A stretch of DNA of 64,000 bases from a virus (Duplodnaviria; Heunggongvirae; Uroviricota; Caudoviricetes), in the IMG/VR virus record IMGVR_UViG_3300021400_000141, positions 1 to 64,000 of that record; one strand, 5' to 3'. Shown here piece by piece: positions 1 through 6,920 of this stretch; the stretch's first letter is position 1, and each line of letters opens with the position of its first letter. Below the pieces are notes generated by a model. The model was not told the origin of the DNA. It saw only the letters and a list, made by a program, of their open reading frames with translations, and did not search any database. The position numbers were made by a program, and so were the translations under genes.

Positions 1-29
1 CCCTGCCATTTCTTCTTGAATGTCTGCAT
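1..29 (-). CDS. 5' start of a cassette gene running off the window (MQTFKKKWQ...)
   Basis: ATG at 29 with GAGGT RBS, downstream of promoter 57-85. Confidence 0.6.
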
Positions 30-56
30 TGTTTTAACCTCGTTGTTGATACCTTT

Positions 57-85
57 AATATACCTAATTAAAAGCATCTTGTCAA
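57..85 (-). promoter_or_regulatory. sigma70-type early promoter
   Basis: TTGACA(85-80)-N17-TATATT(62-57). Confidence 0.85.
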
Positions 86-105
86 GCCCTAGCCATCATT
101 TTCTT

Positions 106-123
106 TGTAAACTTTCCTTTACA
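106..123. promoter_or_regulatory. Palindromic box TGTAAA-N6-TTTACA
   Basis: Perfect inverted repeat; recurs at 483-500 and 2779-2796, always 43 bp from the -10 hexamer. Confidence 0.75.
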
Positions 124-217
124 CACCACCCAACGAGGACAAGGGCTGCCACCCAGCCTCCTCCTGTCGCTCACGGTCAATAGGTGATAACCCAAGTTGA
201 ACATCGCTCCGAACACG

Positions 218-250
218 AGAGAAAGGGTCGCAACCATTCGGTCGCAACCC
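218..250 (-). terminator. Intrinsic terminator of cassette 1
   Basis: GGGUUGCGACC-GAAU-GGUUGCGACCC 11-bp stem (with G-U pairs) followed by UUUCUCUC. Confidence 0.75.
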
Positions 251-267
251 AACGATGAGAACAAGAG

Positions 268-405
268 TTACTTCGCTCCTGCCATTCCCAAGATACCCTC
301 CCACAATAGGACGAATACCATTACATAGGAAGCGAGCAGTCCGAAACCTTCGCAAAGGCTTTCAAGAAGACCCTTATCGTTCATCTTTTCGTTCTTGATA
401 TTCAT
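268..405 (-). CDS. 45-aa membrane peptide (cassette 1)
   Basis: GGAGGT RBS before ATG at 405; hydrophobic segment FGLLASYVMVFVLLWEGILG. Confidence 0.7.
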   Translation of the reverse strand: MNIKNEKMNDKGLLESLCEGFGLLASYVMVFVLLWEGILGMAGAK

Positions 406-433
406 TGTAGACCTCCGTTGTTGTTCTATATAT

Positions 434-500
434 AATATACCCAATTCATTCCAATTTGTCAATAGCATACCCAAACTTTTTGTGTAAACTTTCTGTTACA
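434..500 (-). promoter_or_regulatory. sigma70-type promoter plus upstream palindromic box
   Basis: TTGACA(462-457)-N17-TATATT(439-434); TGTAAA-N6-GTTACA at 483-500. Confidence 0.85.
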
Positions 501-612
501 AACTAGGTGCCAACATCGTTTCCAACCCTGACAAGAACCCCTGACCCTGATGACCGACGCCGGCTGCAGTCAGGACCAGGGTGATAACCCAAGTTGGAAT
601 CGGGGCGGCAAC

Positions 613-670
613 AAAGTTAAACCCCTAGGTCTAAACCTAGGGGATAAAACTAGGGGTTAAACCCTAGGGG
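613..670 (-). terminator. Hairpin/terminator of cassette 2 with CTAGGGG repeats
   Basis: CCCCTAGGT-CTAA-ACCTAGGGG stem plus two more CTAGGGG copies. Confidence 0.6.
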
Positions 671-682
671 AGACCACGATGA

Positions 683-811
683 CTACCTGCCCAAGCACTG
701 GAACATCGCCGTATGGCCGAACGCCAACGGAACCAAGTCCTTGAAGTAGCCTATCGCAGTCGGCTCGTATTCGCCTTTGCCGTTCTTCAAGTAGAGCATA
801 TACTTCTTCAT
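683..811 (-). CDS. 42-aa hypothetical peptide (MKKYMLYLKNGKGEYEP...)
   Basis: Translated by hand; ATGA overlap with upstream ORF. Confidence 0.6.
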   Translation of the reverse strand: MKKYMLYLKNGKGEYEPTAIGYFKDLVPLAFGHTAMFQCLGR

Positions 812-921
812 TTCGCTACCGCCTTTACTAGATAGATGAGACCGATGAGAGCATAGAGAAACATAACAGGTGGATAGAACACCGCTAGCAGAACTAGCAC
901 CACAAAGAGTATCAGTTTCAT
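808..921 (-). CDS. 37-aa hydrophobic membrane peptide (MKLILFVVLVLLAVFYPPVMFLYALIGLIYLVKAVAK)
   Basis: Translated by hand; ATGA coupling at both ends. Confidence 0.65.
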   Translation of the reverse strand: MKLILFVVLVLLAVFYPPVMFLYALIGLIYLVKAVAK

Positions 922-998
922 TTGCGACCCCCTTTGTAAATGCGTAAGCCCATTTTGATTGCGGTCAGTTTGTCTTTCGTTGTAGGTTTCTTTGCCAT
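918..998 (-). CDS. 26-aa basic micropeptide, TAxKMGLxI family (MAKKPTTKDKLTAIKMGLRIYKGGRK)
   Basis: GAGGT RBS, first gene after promoter 1025-1053, two paralogs in window. Confidence 0.75.
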   Translation of the reverse strand: MAKKPTTKDKLTAIKMGLRIYKGGRK

Positions 999-1024
999 TG
1001 TCTTACCTCGTTGTTTGTATCTAT

Positions 1025-1053
1025 AATATAGTTAATTAAATCTAGTTTGTCAA
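1025..1053 (-). promoter_or_regulatory. sigma70-type early promoter
   Basis: TTGACA-N17-TATATT. Confidence 0.85.
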
Positions 1054-1139
1054 GGGGGTGCAGCGATTTTTTTAACTGCCCGACGGAAGCTGCAGTCGAG
1101 CCATGGGTGATAACCTAAGTTGAACATCGGGCGGCAGAC

Positions 1140-1176
1140 AAAAAGATTGGCGGTATCATCAGACACCGCCTTTTTT
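1140..1176. terminator. Terminator of cassette 3 (possibly bidirectional)
   Basis: GGCGGT...ACCGCC stem flanked by A and T tracts. Confidence 0.6.
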
Positions 1177-1188
1177 GTGAAGCCAACA

Positions 1189-1584
1189 CTAGGACATTGC
1201 GACTTGTATCGTCTTATCCCTTATGACAGACAATGCGTCAGTCAGCATAGGAATAGTCCACGCAAGGTTCTTCTCGTCCAAGCAGGTAATATCATCAGTA
1301 AAGGTGTTTACCCTAAACCTATACACATAGACCTTTCTATGCCGTCCGTCCATAGGGATAGCCTTACACACAATAGTGAAAGCGAACTCATCTTCCCTTT
1401 CGGGGATATGTTCAAGCCCCCTTTCAGTATGATTGTAAAGGTCGAATAACTCCCTACCTACTGCGTCCATATCATATTCATCACGAATAATGTCAGCAAC
1501 ATTATTCAATTTGGAAACAATGTTGTCCAACATATTCAAGTTCATATCAGTTGCGATGAACTCTTTTGCTTTTCTCTTTGCCAT
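1189..1584 (-). CDS. Hypothetical protein (cassette 3)
   Basis: 131-aa ORF with GAGGT RBS and its own promoter. Confidence 0.8.
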   Translation of the reverse strand: MAKRKAKEFIATDMNLNMLDNIVSKLNNVADIIRDEYDMDAVGRELFDLYNHTERGLEHIPEREDEFAFTIVCKAIPMDGRHRKVYVYRFRVNTFTDDITCLDEKNLAWTIPMLTDALSVIRDKTIQVAMS

Positions 1585-1609
1585 AATATACCTCGTTGTT
1601 TCTACTATA

Positions 1610-1638
1610 AATATAGATAATTAAATCTAATTTGTCAA
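1610..1638 (-). promoter_or_regulatory. sigma70-type early promoter
   Basis: TTGACA-N17-TATATT. Confidence 0.85.
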
Positions 1639-1739
1639 GCACTTTTTTAACTTTTTGCTAGCGACAAACTCAGCAACACCTCCGTGCGGGCCCACAGTCA
1701 ATGGGTGATAACATAAGTTGAAACCGCAGATTAAAAAAT

Positions 1740-1772
1740 AAAAAAGGGTTTAACCCGTTGGGTCAAACCCTT
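1740..1772 (-). terminator. Terminator of cassette 4
   Basis: AAGGGTTTAACCC-GTT-GGGTCAAACCCTT stem, U-tract on minus strand. Confidence 0.75.
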
Positions 1773-1786
1773 CATTAGGGAGATGA

Positions 1787-2215
1787 TTAAAACTTAATCT
1801 TGTAGTAGGCGAGTGCCTTGTAAACGATGTCCACAAGTTCATTCTGAACCGCCTTGGCCGCAAGCCCCCGCTGCTTCTCGGTGTTGCGGTTGCACTCCGC
1901 TATGGTGCAGTTGCCACCACCGAACATCATACAGCGGTAGCCGAGGTCAGTGAGTTCAACGGGCGTGATGTTCAGGTAGTAGGAACTGGGGTAGTTGTGC
2001 CCGTCATAGAACGAGTGCCCGCCCTTGCGGTAGTTCACACTCATACGCAGTGCGTTGCAGTCGTCCGTTCCGCACCCCGTATCAACCTGCTGCATAGGGA
2101 ACGGGATAGTAATGTCCTTGTCGAACTTGACCTCAATGCCTTCACAAAGAGCCTGTGCCTTCTTGTAAAGGTCGCTAGAATAATCAACGGCAATGCCAAC
2201 ATTCATAATAGCCAT
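1787..2215 (-). CDS. Hypothetical protein (cassette 4)
   Basis: 142-aa ORF with AAGGAG RBS. Confidence 0.8.
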   Translation of the reverse strand: MAIMNVGIAVDYSSDLYKKAQALCEGIEVKFDKDITIPFPMQQVDTGCGTDDCNALRMSVNYRKGGHSFYDGHNYPSSYYLNITPVELTDLGYRCMMFGGGNCTIAECNRNTEKQRGLAAKAVQNELVDIVYKALAYYKIKF

Positions 2216-2235
2216 ATATCAACTCCTTTATCCCC

Positions 2236-2275
2236 TTGGCAACACCGCCTTGGGACACCCCTTAATATAGGGGGG
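2236..2275 (-). promoter_or_regulatory. 40-bp leader/promoter element duplicated at 4385-4424
   Basis: 39/40 identity between copies; contains TATATT inside a CCCCT...AGGGG stem; no -35 match. Confidence 0.7.
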
Positions 2276-2343
2276 GATACCTCCAGTGGAGGCGACTCTG
2301 GCGTGGGGTGATAACCCAAGTTGAAACCGAGAGGGGACCAGTG

Positions 2344-2374
2344 AAAAGGGAGCCTTACGGCTCCCTTTGTTTTT
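2344..2374. terminator. Terminator of cassette 5
   Basis: AAAGGGAGCC-TTAC-GGCTCCCTTT. Confidence 0.8.
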
Positions 2375-2392
2375 AAGCGGAGACCAACCGCC

Positions 2393-2578
2393 TTAAATCT
2401 TTTCCCACTTGTCGCGTTCTGCTTGCACCGCTAAGCCGCCCCAAGTGCCATGTATCTGCCCAATATCGTCTATGAGTTCAATCGTTCCGCTTTTGCCGTT
2501 ATATTGTGGCTCTCCAATCATTTCAATGATGCGGATTTTATCACCCACTTTTAAGCCCATTGTATTATGTTTTTCCAT
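2393..2578 (-). CDS. DUF4314-like small beta-barrel protein
   Basis: GDKIRIIEM...GKSGTIELIDDIGQIHGTWGGLA pattern. Confidence 0.7.
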   Translation of the reverse strand: MEKHNTMGLKVGDKIRIIEMIGEPQYNGKSGTIELIDDIGQIHGTWGGLAVQAERDKWEKI

Positions 2579-2595
2579 AACCTTTTTACTCCCTT

Positions 2596-2682
2596 TTATT
2601 TCTTGCTGAAAATGTTCAAGCCCATTTTCTTAGCAGTTATACGCCAAGTTTTTTCTTGCTTTGTAAGTTTGCTTTTTGCCAT
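2596..2682 (-). CDS. 28-aa basic micropeptide, TAxKMGLxI family (MAKSKLTKQEKTWRITAKKMGLNIFSKK)
   Basis: Translated by hand; GGAG/AGGG RBS; paralog of 918-998. Confidence 0.7.
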   Translation of the reverse strand: MAKSKLTKQEKTWRITAKKMGLNIFSKK

Positions 2683-2729
2683 AAATCCCTACTCCATTTT
2701 TATAGTGTCCAACATTAAACACTATACTA

Positions 2730-2796
2730 AATATAGTTAATTAAACACGAAAGCGTATATAGTTTTCTTAGAAATTTGTGTAAAGTTTCGTTTACA
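2730..2796 (-). promoter_or_regulatory. Promoter with -10 only plus palindromic box
   Basis: TATATT at 2735-2730, degenerate -35, TGTAAA-N6-TTTACA at 2779-2796. Confidence 0.65.
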
Positions 2797-2890
2797 AAAG
2801 AGAACAAAAACATCGTTCTGAAAGACCCTGATTTTTCGAAGCTGCAGTCATCGAAAAGGTGATAACGTAAGTTGGAAATTTCGTGACGAT

Positions 2891-2917
2891 AAAAAGAAAG
2901 GGAGACTTTCGTCTCCC
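2891..2917 (-). terminator. Terminator, duplicated at about 3071-3095
   Basis: GGGAGAC-TTTC-GTCTCCC stem in both copies, with A-tracts on the + strand. Confidence 0.8.
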
Positions 2918-2941
2918 ATTGTTAAAGGTGAATGTTGTTTT

Positions 2942-3013
2942 TTACTTACGGCGGGGAGAATAAATCTTCAATCCCATTTTAATTGCCGTAATTCTGTCTT
3001 TGTTAGTAGCCAT
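2942..3013 (-). CDS. 23-aa basic micropeptide, TAxKMGLxI family (MATNKDRITAIKMGLKIYSPRRK)
   Basis: Translated by hand; AGAGGT RBS; paralog of 918-998. Confidence 0.7.
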   Translation of the reverse strand: MATNKDRITAIKMGLKIYSPRRK

Positions 3014-3100
3014 AATTTTACCTCTTTGTTTGAGTGTTTGTTTTGTTTGTTTTGTTAAAAAGAAAAAGGAAAAGGGGAGACTTTCGTCTCCCCTTTGTTT

Positions 3101-4363
3101 TTAGAATTCACATTCTTCTTCATCGCTCTTTTTCTGAGAGTTATTCAGAAAATCGGCAACAAAGTGGAAAGCAGGATTTTCTTGGAGATTTTCACGAATA
3201 ATTGCCGCTTTCATAACTCCGTAAAGTTCCGTTTTAGAACCCATAATCGGAGTTCCGTCTGCGTTCATCGTTCCCGTAGGATAATCCTTATTAAGGAAAT
3301 CTTTCAAAGCAGAAATTTCAACATTGGAAATTACCTGCTTTTTGGAACGATTACGGAAACCGAAGAAAGTACACATTGCGTTAATTCCGACAACTGCGTC
3401 CGCCTGCGTTTTTACCAAAACTTTTCCGTTAAGGTAATCTTCGCCCGTAGGAATATCGAAAGTATTCACGAAAGTGATGAACTGCTTTGCGACTTTTTCC
3501 GAGCCCTCAAAATTGATATTCACGCACATTTTTGCGTCCTTATCAAAATTTTTGCTATCGTAGCCACGCAAAGAAAGTTCTTCCATAAGACTTTCGTAAG
3601 TGCGACCACAAGAGTTTCGCCCGTCATCGTTTTCGTCGCAAATGTTCAAATCCGCAAGATACTTATCGGTGAACTTTTTCCAAAAATCCGAAATAATCGG
3701 ATTTGCCATAACCGCCGCCTTTACGCAGGCGTCCTCATAGACCAATTCCAAAGAATCAAATCTTCCGTTCGGGCCGACAAGAGCCGCAGAAATTTCAGAA
3801 GTCTGACCCTCAAAGCCCTCTCTATCGCACCCATTATATGCGATAAAGAAATTTGTATCGTTGTGAAGTTTGAAATTCTTCACAACCTTATCCAAAGCCA
3901 CGCAAAGAAAAGTTTGCTGAACCGCACTTTTTGCGGCAGAAAATTCGTCCAAGAGAACGACTGCCGCGTGGGCTTCGGGCATTCCCTTCTTGTTGTACCA
4001 AATCGGGTAGCCTTTGGTGCTATCGTTAGTCACCACCTTATCGCCCGTAGCAGGGTCTACCCTGTAATACGGGAGCCAAGGCGGGATTTCGTCCTGCCCG
4101 CTGATTTCAAGGTCGCCCTTTTCGGTCTTACGGCCCTTGTAGGCAAAGCCTACAACATCGGCAGCATTAACCCACTGGTTAATGCTTACGGTGATAAGGG
4201 GCAACTCCCAATCCGTAGCAAGACTGCGGACAACGGAAGTCTTGCCCATGCCCGGCGCCCCTTCAAGGGCGAAGGACTTACGGGCGTGCCAAACAGTGCC
4301 GTCCCCGAGAACCTTGCGACGGCCATTGGCCAACATCTTAAACTGACTTGCTGTAACTTTCAT
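3101..4363 (-). CDS. MoxR-like AAA+ ATPase (cassette 6)
   Basis: Walker A GAPGMGKT, Walker B VVLLDE, sensor N (IAYN), AL...GRF arginine-finger region. Confidence 0.85.
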   Translation of the reverse strand: MKVTASQFKMLANGRRKVLGDGTVWHARKSFALEGAPGMGKTSVVRSLATDWELPLITVSINQWVNAADVVGFAYKGRKTEKGDLEISGQDEIPPWLPYYRVDPATGDKVVTNDSTKGYPIWYNKKGMPEAHAAVVLLDEFSAAKSAVQQTFLCVALDKVVKNFKLHNDTNFFIAYNGCDREGFEGQTSEISAALVGPNGRFDSLELVYEDACVKAAVMANPIISDFWKKFTDKYLADLNICDENDDGRNSCGRTYESLMEELSLRGYDSKNFDKDAKMCVNINFEGSEKVAKQFITFVNTFDIPTGEDYLNGKVLVKTQADAVVGINAMCTFFGFRNRSKKQVISNVEISALKDFLNKDYPTGTMNADGTPIMGSKTELYGVMKAAIIRENLQENPAFHFVADFLNNSQKKSDEEECEF

Positions 4364-4461
4364 TGTGTCATCTCCTTTGTCCCTTTGGCAACATCGCCTT
4401 GGGACACCCCTTAATATAGGGGGGCATCGACGCCATCTCGTATGGGTGATAACCTAAGTTG

Positions 4462-4910
4462 GAGCGTAGGGGGTCGTTTTAGGGGGTGGCGCGTATAGGG
4501 TATAGGGGTGGGGTAATTTGATATTTGATAAGCGCGGTACTTTTCTTTTTTTATTTCCTAGGGTTTCAACCAGGGGTTTCCAACAGGGGTTGGAACCAGG
4601 GGGTTTCCAACCATGTCTCGAACCCCCGCTCCCACCCATGTTTCGGGACAGGGTTCGGGACACGGTGTCTCGAACACATGTCCGCACCCAGGAATCGGGA
4701 CAGCAGGCGCCCGCTCCCACCAATGTTTCAACATGAAACACACAAGTTATCAACAGGATATCAACACCTCATCAAAAAATCAAAATGCAAAACTGGGGGC
4801 AGAAAAATAGAAAAAATAAATAAAAGCCCCTATCATACCCTTTAAAAAATTTTTGGTAGGGGGGTATATACAGGGGTGTAAAAATTTTTTGGGGGTGGGG
4901 GTATGTCAAA
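4462..4910. other. Structured non-coding block (candidate origin or genome-end/packaging region)
   Basis: G-runs alternating with A/T tracts, GGGTTTC(C)AAC x3, CCCGCTCCCACC x2, TCGGGACA x3, DnaA-box-like TTATCAACA at 4747-4755. Confidence 0.5.
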
Positions 4911-4966
4911 CTAAAGAAATAACCGTATCGAATTCGACACGGTTAAAGCAGTTAATTGGATTAGGT

Positions 4967-5482
4967 TTAGAACGGGAGGCCATCATCCTCTTCTGGTGGA
5001 GGAGGGGTTTGTTCCTGGGGTTGGTTCTGTGTTTGGTACATGGAGCTGATAGGGGGTTGCTCCGGCATTTGGAAAGAGGGTTGAGCATCCGTCTGGAACG
5101 AGGGTTGAGCATCCGTTTGGGCAGGCTGTTGGTTACTGGTGTTAAACTGTCTACTACCGAGGAGTTGGAACGTTTCGATGACAACGTCAGTTGAGTACCG
5201 TTTTTGTCCATTCTGGTCATTCCATGAGCGGTATGAGAGGGAGCCTTCGATGAAGAGTGGCATGCCCTTGTGGACACCGAGGGATTCGATGACATCTGCT
5301 GTTTTGCCCCATGCGACGACATTGTGCCAGTCGGTCTGTTCTTTCTGTTCGCCATTCGAGTCTCTGTATCTTCTAGTGGTTGCGAGGGAGAAGGATGCAC
5401 GTTTGCGGCCCGTTTGGGTAACTGTGAATTCTGGGTCTCTTCCTGTATTACCTATGAGGAGGACTTTGTTGAGGTAAGCCAT
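4967..5482 (-). CDS. ssb: Single-stranded DNA-binding protein (bacterial type)
   Basis: LNKVLLIGN.GRDPE, TDWHNVVAWG, EGSL..RSW, C-terminal DDGLPF tail. Confidence 0.97.
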   Translation of the reverse strand: MAYLNKVLLIGNTGRDPEFTVTQTGRKRASFSLATTRRYRDSNGEQKEQTDWHNVVAWGKTADVIESLGVHKGMPLFIEGSLSYRSWNDQNGQKRYSTDVVIETFQLLGSRQFNTSNQQPAQTDAQPSFQTDAQPSFQMPEQPPISSMYQTQNQPQEQTPPPPEEDDGLPF

Positions 5483-5564
5483 AGTTTGTTATTCCTTTTG
5501 TTGTTGGTGTTTTTGGTTGCAATGGAGGTTTTCACGGCAGTTGAAGCAGATGTGGCGTTTTGGG

Positions 5565-5891
5565 TCACCGAGGGTGGTATAGACACCAGTCGCCAGCAGG
5601 TCCATACGGTTTATTCTGGAAAGACGCCGTAGGCATATGAGACTGCAAGTGCTCGTATCGCCAGATGCGATTGCTGTCTTCCAGTATGATTGTATCCACA
5701 TTCCCACAGAAGGACAGGGTGATGCACTTGTCAGGGTCATCGACAGCTACCCATGCGTCTTCCCTGAATTGCTTCGATGTAGTGTCGAATATTGCGACAA
5801 AGCAATGCCCACGATAGTCTACGAAGTCGCCGACGAAGTAGAATCGTCGGTCGCCAAATGTGTGTATTTCGTGCAGCTTGGAATGTACCAT
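5565..5891 (-). CDS. Hypothetical protein
   Basis: ORF with GAGGT RBS in co-oriented run. Confidence 0.65.
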   Translation of the reverse strand: MVHSKLHEIHTFGDRRFYFVGDFVDYRGHCFVAIFDTTSKQFREDAWVAVDDPDKCITLSFCGNVDTIILEDSNRIWRYEHLQSHMPTASFQNKPYGPAGDWCLYHPR

Positions 5892-5916
5892 TTTTGACCT
5901 CGTTTTGGAAGCACCG

Positions 5917-6273
5917 TTAAACCTTCTTGATGCGGTTTATGGCATAAACCTTTTTGATGCGGTTTACTGCATATTCGATATAGCGGGAGATTTCCTCTGG
6001 TGTAGCCGAGTCCGTATCGGCTATTATGATGGGAGGGGTTGTTTTGGAGAACATGGGTGCATCACGTTCCCAGAGGGGTTTGTCATTGAGTTCGTTACCG
6101 AGGAGGCCTAGGATATACTTCGGGGTCCGTTCGATGACTGGGACAAGGTTATCAAAGTCATTTTCGTTAGGGTAGAAACCGAAGCGGGTGCAATCGAGGT
6201 TTCCATCTCTGTTTGCAATCATGGAGAGGTGGTGTTTGCTTCTGCACAGGGTTTCGAACTCGGTTTCGTTCAT
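5917..6273 (-). CDS. Hypothetical protein (start MNETEF)
   Basis: GAGGA RBS before ATG at 6273. Confidence 0.65.
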   Translation of the reverse strand: MNETEFETLCRSKHHLSMIANRDGNLDCTRFGFYPNENDFDNLVPVIERTPKYILGLLGNELNDKPLWERDAPMFSKTTPPIIIADTDSATPEEISRYIEYAVNRIKKVYAINRIKKV

Positions 6274-6277
6274 GGGT

Positions 6278-6520
6278 TTAGTCCTCTGAGGGTTCATCGA
6301 GAAGGTGTTTATCCTCGTCCTTGTCGAGTTCTTCTTGGAGTTCCTTTTCGTCCCAGATTTCGTCATAGTTGGGGCAGTCTGGGATGCACTGGTATTTATC
6401 CTGCCAGTCTTCTGGTTCAGGGCATTCATCCAGTTCAGTAATGAGTTTGTGGCATGCTTTGCAGACGGCGCAGGAGAGGGGGCAATCGACGAATACTCCA
6501 TCTTGGCAGATATCGACCAT
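6278..6520 (-). CDS. Cys-rich acidic hypothetical protein
   Basis: Multiple CxxC motifs, acidic tail. Confidence 0.65.
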   Translation of the reverse strand: MVDICQDGVFVDCPLSCAVCKACHKLITELDECPEPEDWQDKYQCIPDCPNYDEIWDEKELQEELDKDEDKHLLDEPSED

Positions 6521-6544
6521 GTTTTGGACCTTTTTTGTATGTGT

Positions 6545-6868
6545 TTAGTGTTGTTTGATTAGTTCACGGAACGCATCGAAGCGTGTACCTGGGCAGAAGT
6601 CTTTCAGGAACTGGATTTGGGTTTCCGTAATCGGTTTTGCCTTTGTCAGTGCTCCAAGGACCAGGGATTTTGTATAGCGATATTCAAATCGGCCTGTATA
6701 TAAGTAGATTGAGTTTGAATTGTCTTTCCAGTCATAGGACTTGAACCAGTTGATATACTTATGGAGTTGTTTTTCCGTGAGGAGGATGTACTTGAAATAC
6801 TTTCCTTCGTCACCAGGGAGGCTGGTATCAATGAAATACAGGGGTTTTGCGGTTTGTTTATTCATCAT
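6545..6868 (-). CDS. Hypothetical protein
   Basis: Directly follows promoter 6896-6924. Confidence 0.75.
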   Translation of the reverse strand: MMNKQTAKPLYFIDTSLPGDEGKYFKYILLTEKQLHKYINWFKSYDWKDNSNSIYLYTGRFEYRYTKSLVLGALTKAKPITETQIQFLKDFCPGTRFDAFRELIKQH

Positions 6869-6920
6869 GTATCCTTAGGGTGAGCTGATGATTACAATAT
6901 AGATAATTATTTTCAGTTTG

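Larger units (their letters stand above)
183..4461 (+). repeat. Seven direct copies of a 17-bp site GGTGATAACNYAAGTTG delimiting gene cassettes
   Basis: Copies at 183-199, 580-596, 1106-1122, 1704-1720, 2307-2323, 2858-2874 and 4445-4461. 15 of 17 positions are invariant; all copies are intergenic and co-oriented. Confidence 0.95.

Noticed and set aside
3095-4414. 439-aa plus-strand ORF
   Set aside because: Antisense shadow of the MoxR ATPase with no RBS or motifs. The same applies to 14713-15618, 29740-30546, 30495-31307, 38766-39569, 53102-53797 and 58423-59187.
183-4461. 17-bp repeats as a CRISPR array
   Set aside because: Intervals are 380-1570 bp, contain whole transcription units, and the repeat is too short.
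183-4461. Sites as canonical attC or dif/pdif
   Set aside because: No RYYYAAC...GTTRRRY long hairpin; only one copy has TTATGTTA on the reverse strand and no XerC arm lies at 6 bp.
4454-4906. Overlapping short ORFs in the G-rich block
   Set aside because: Low-complexity translations of repeats in several frames with no RBS; treated as non-coding.
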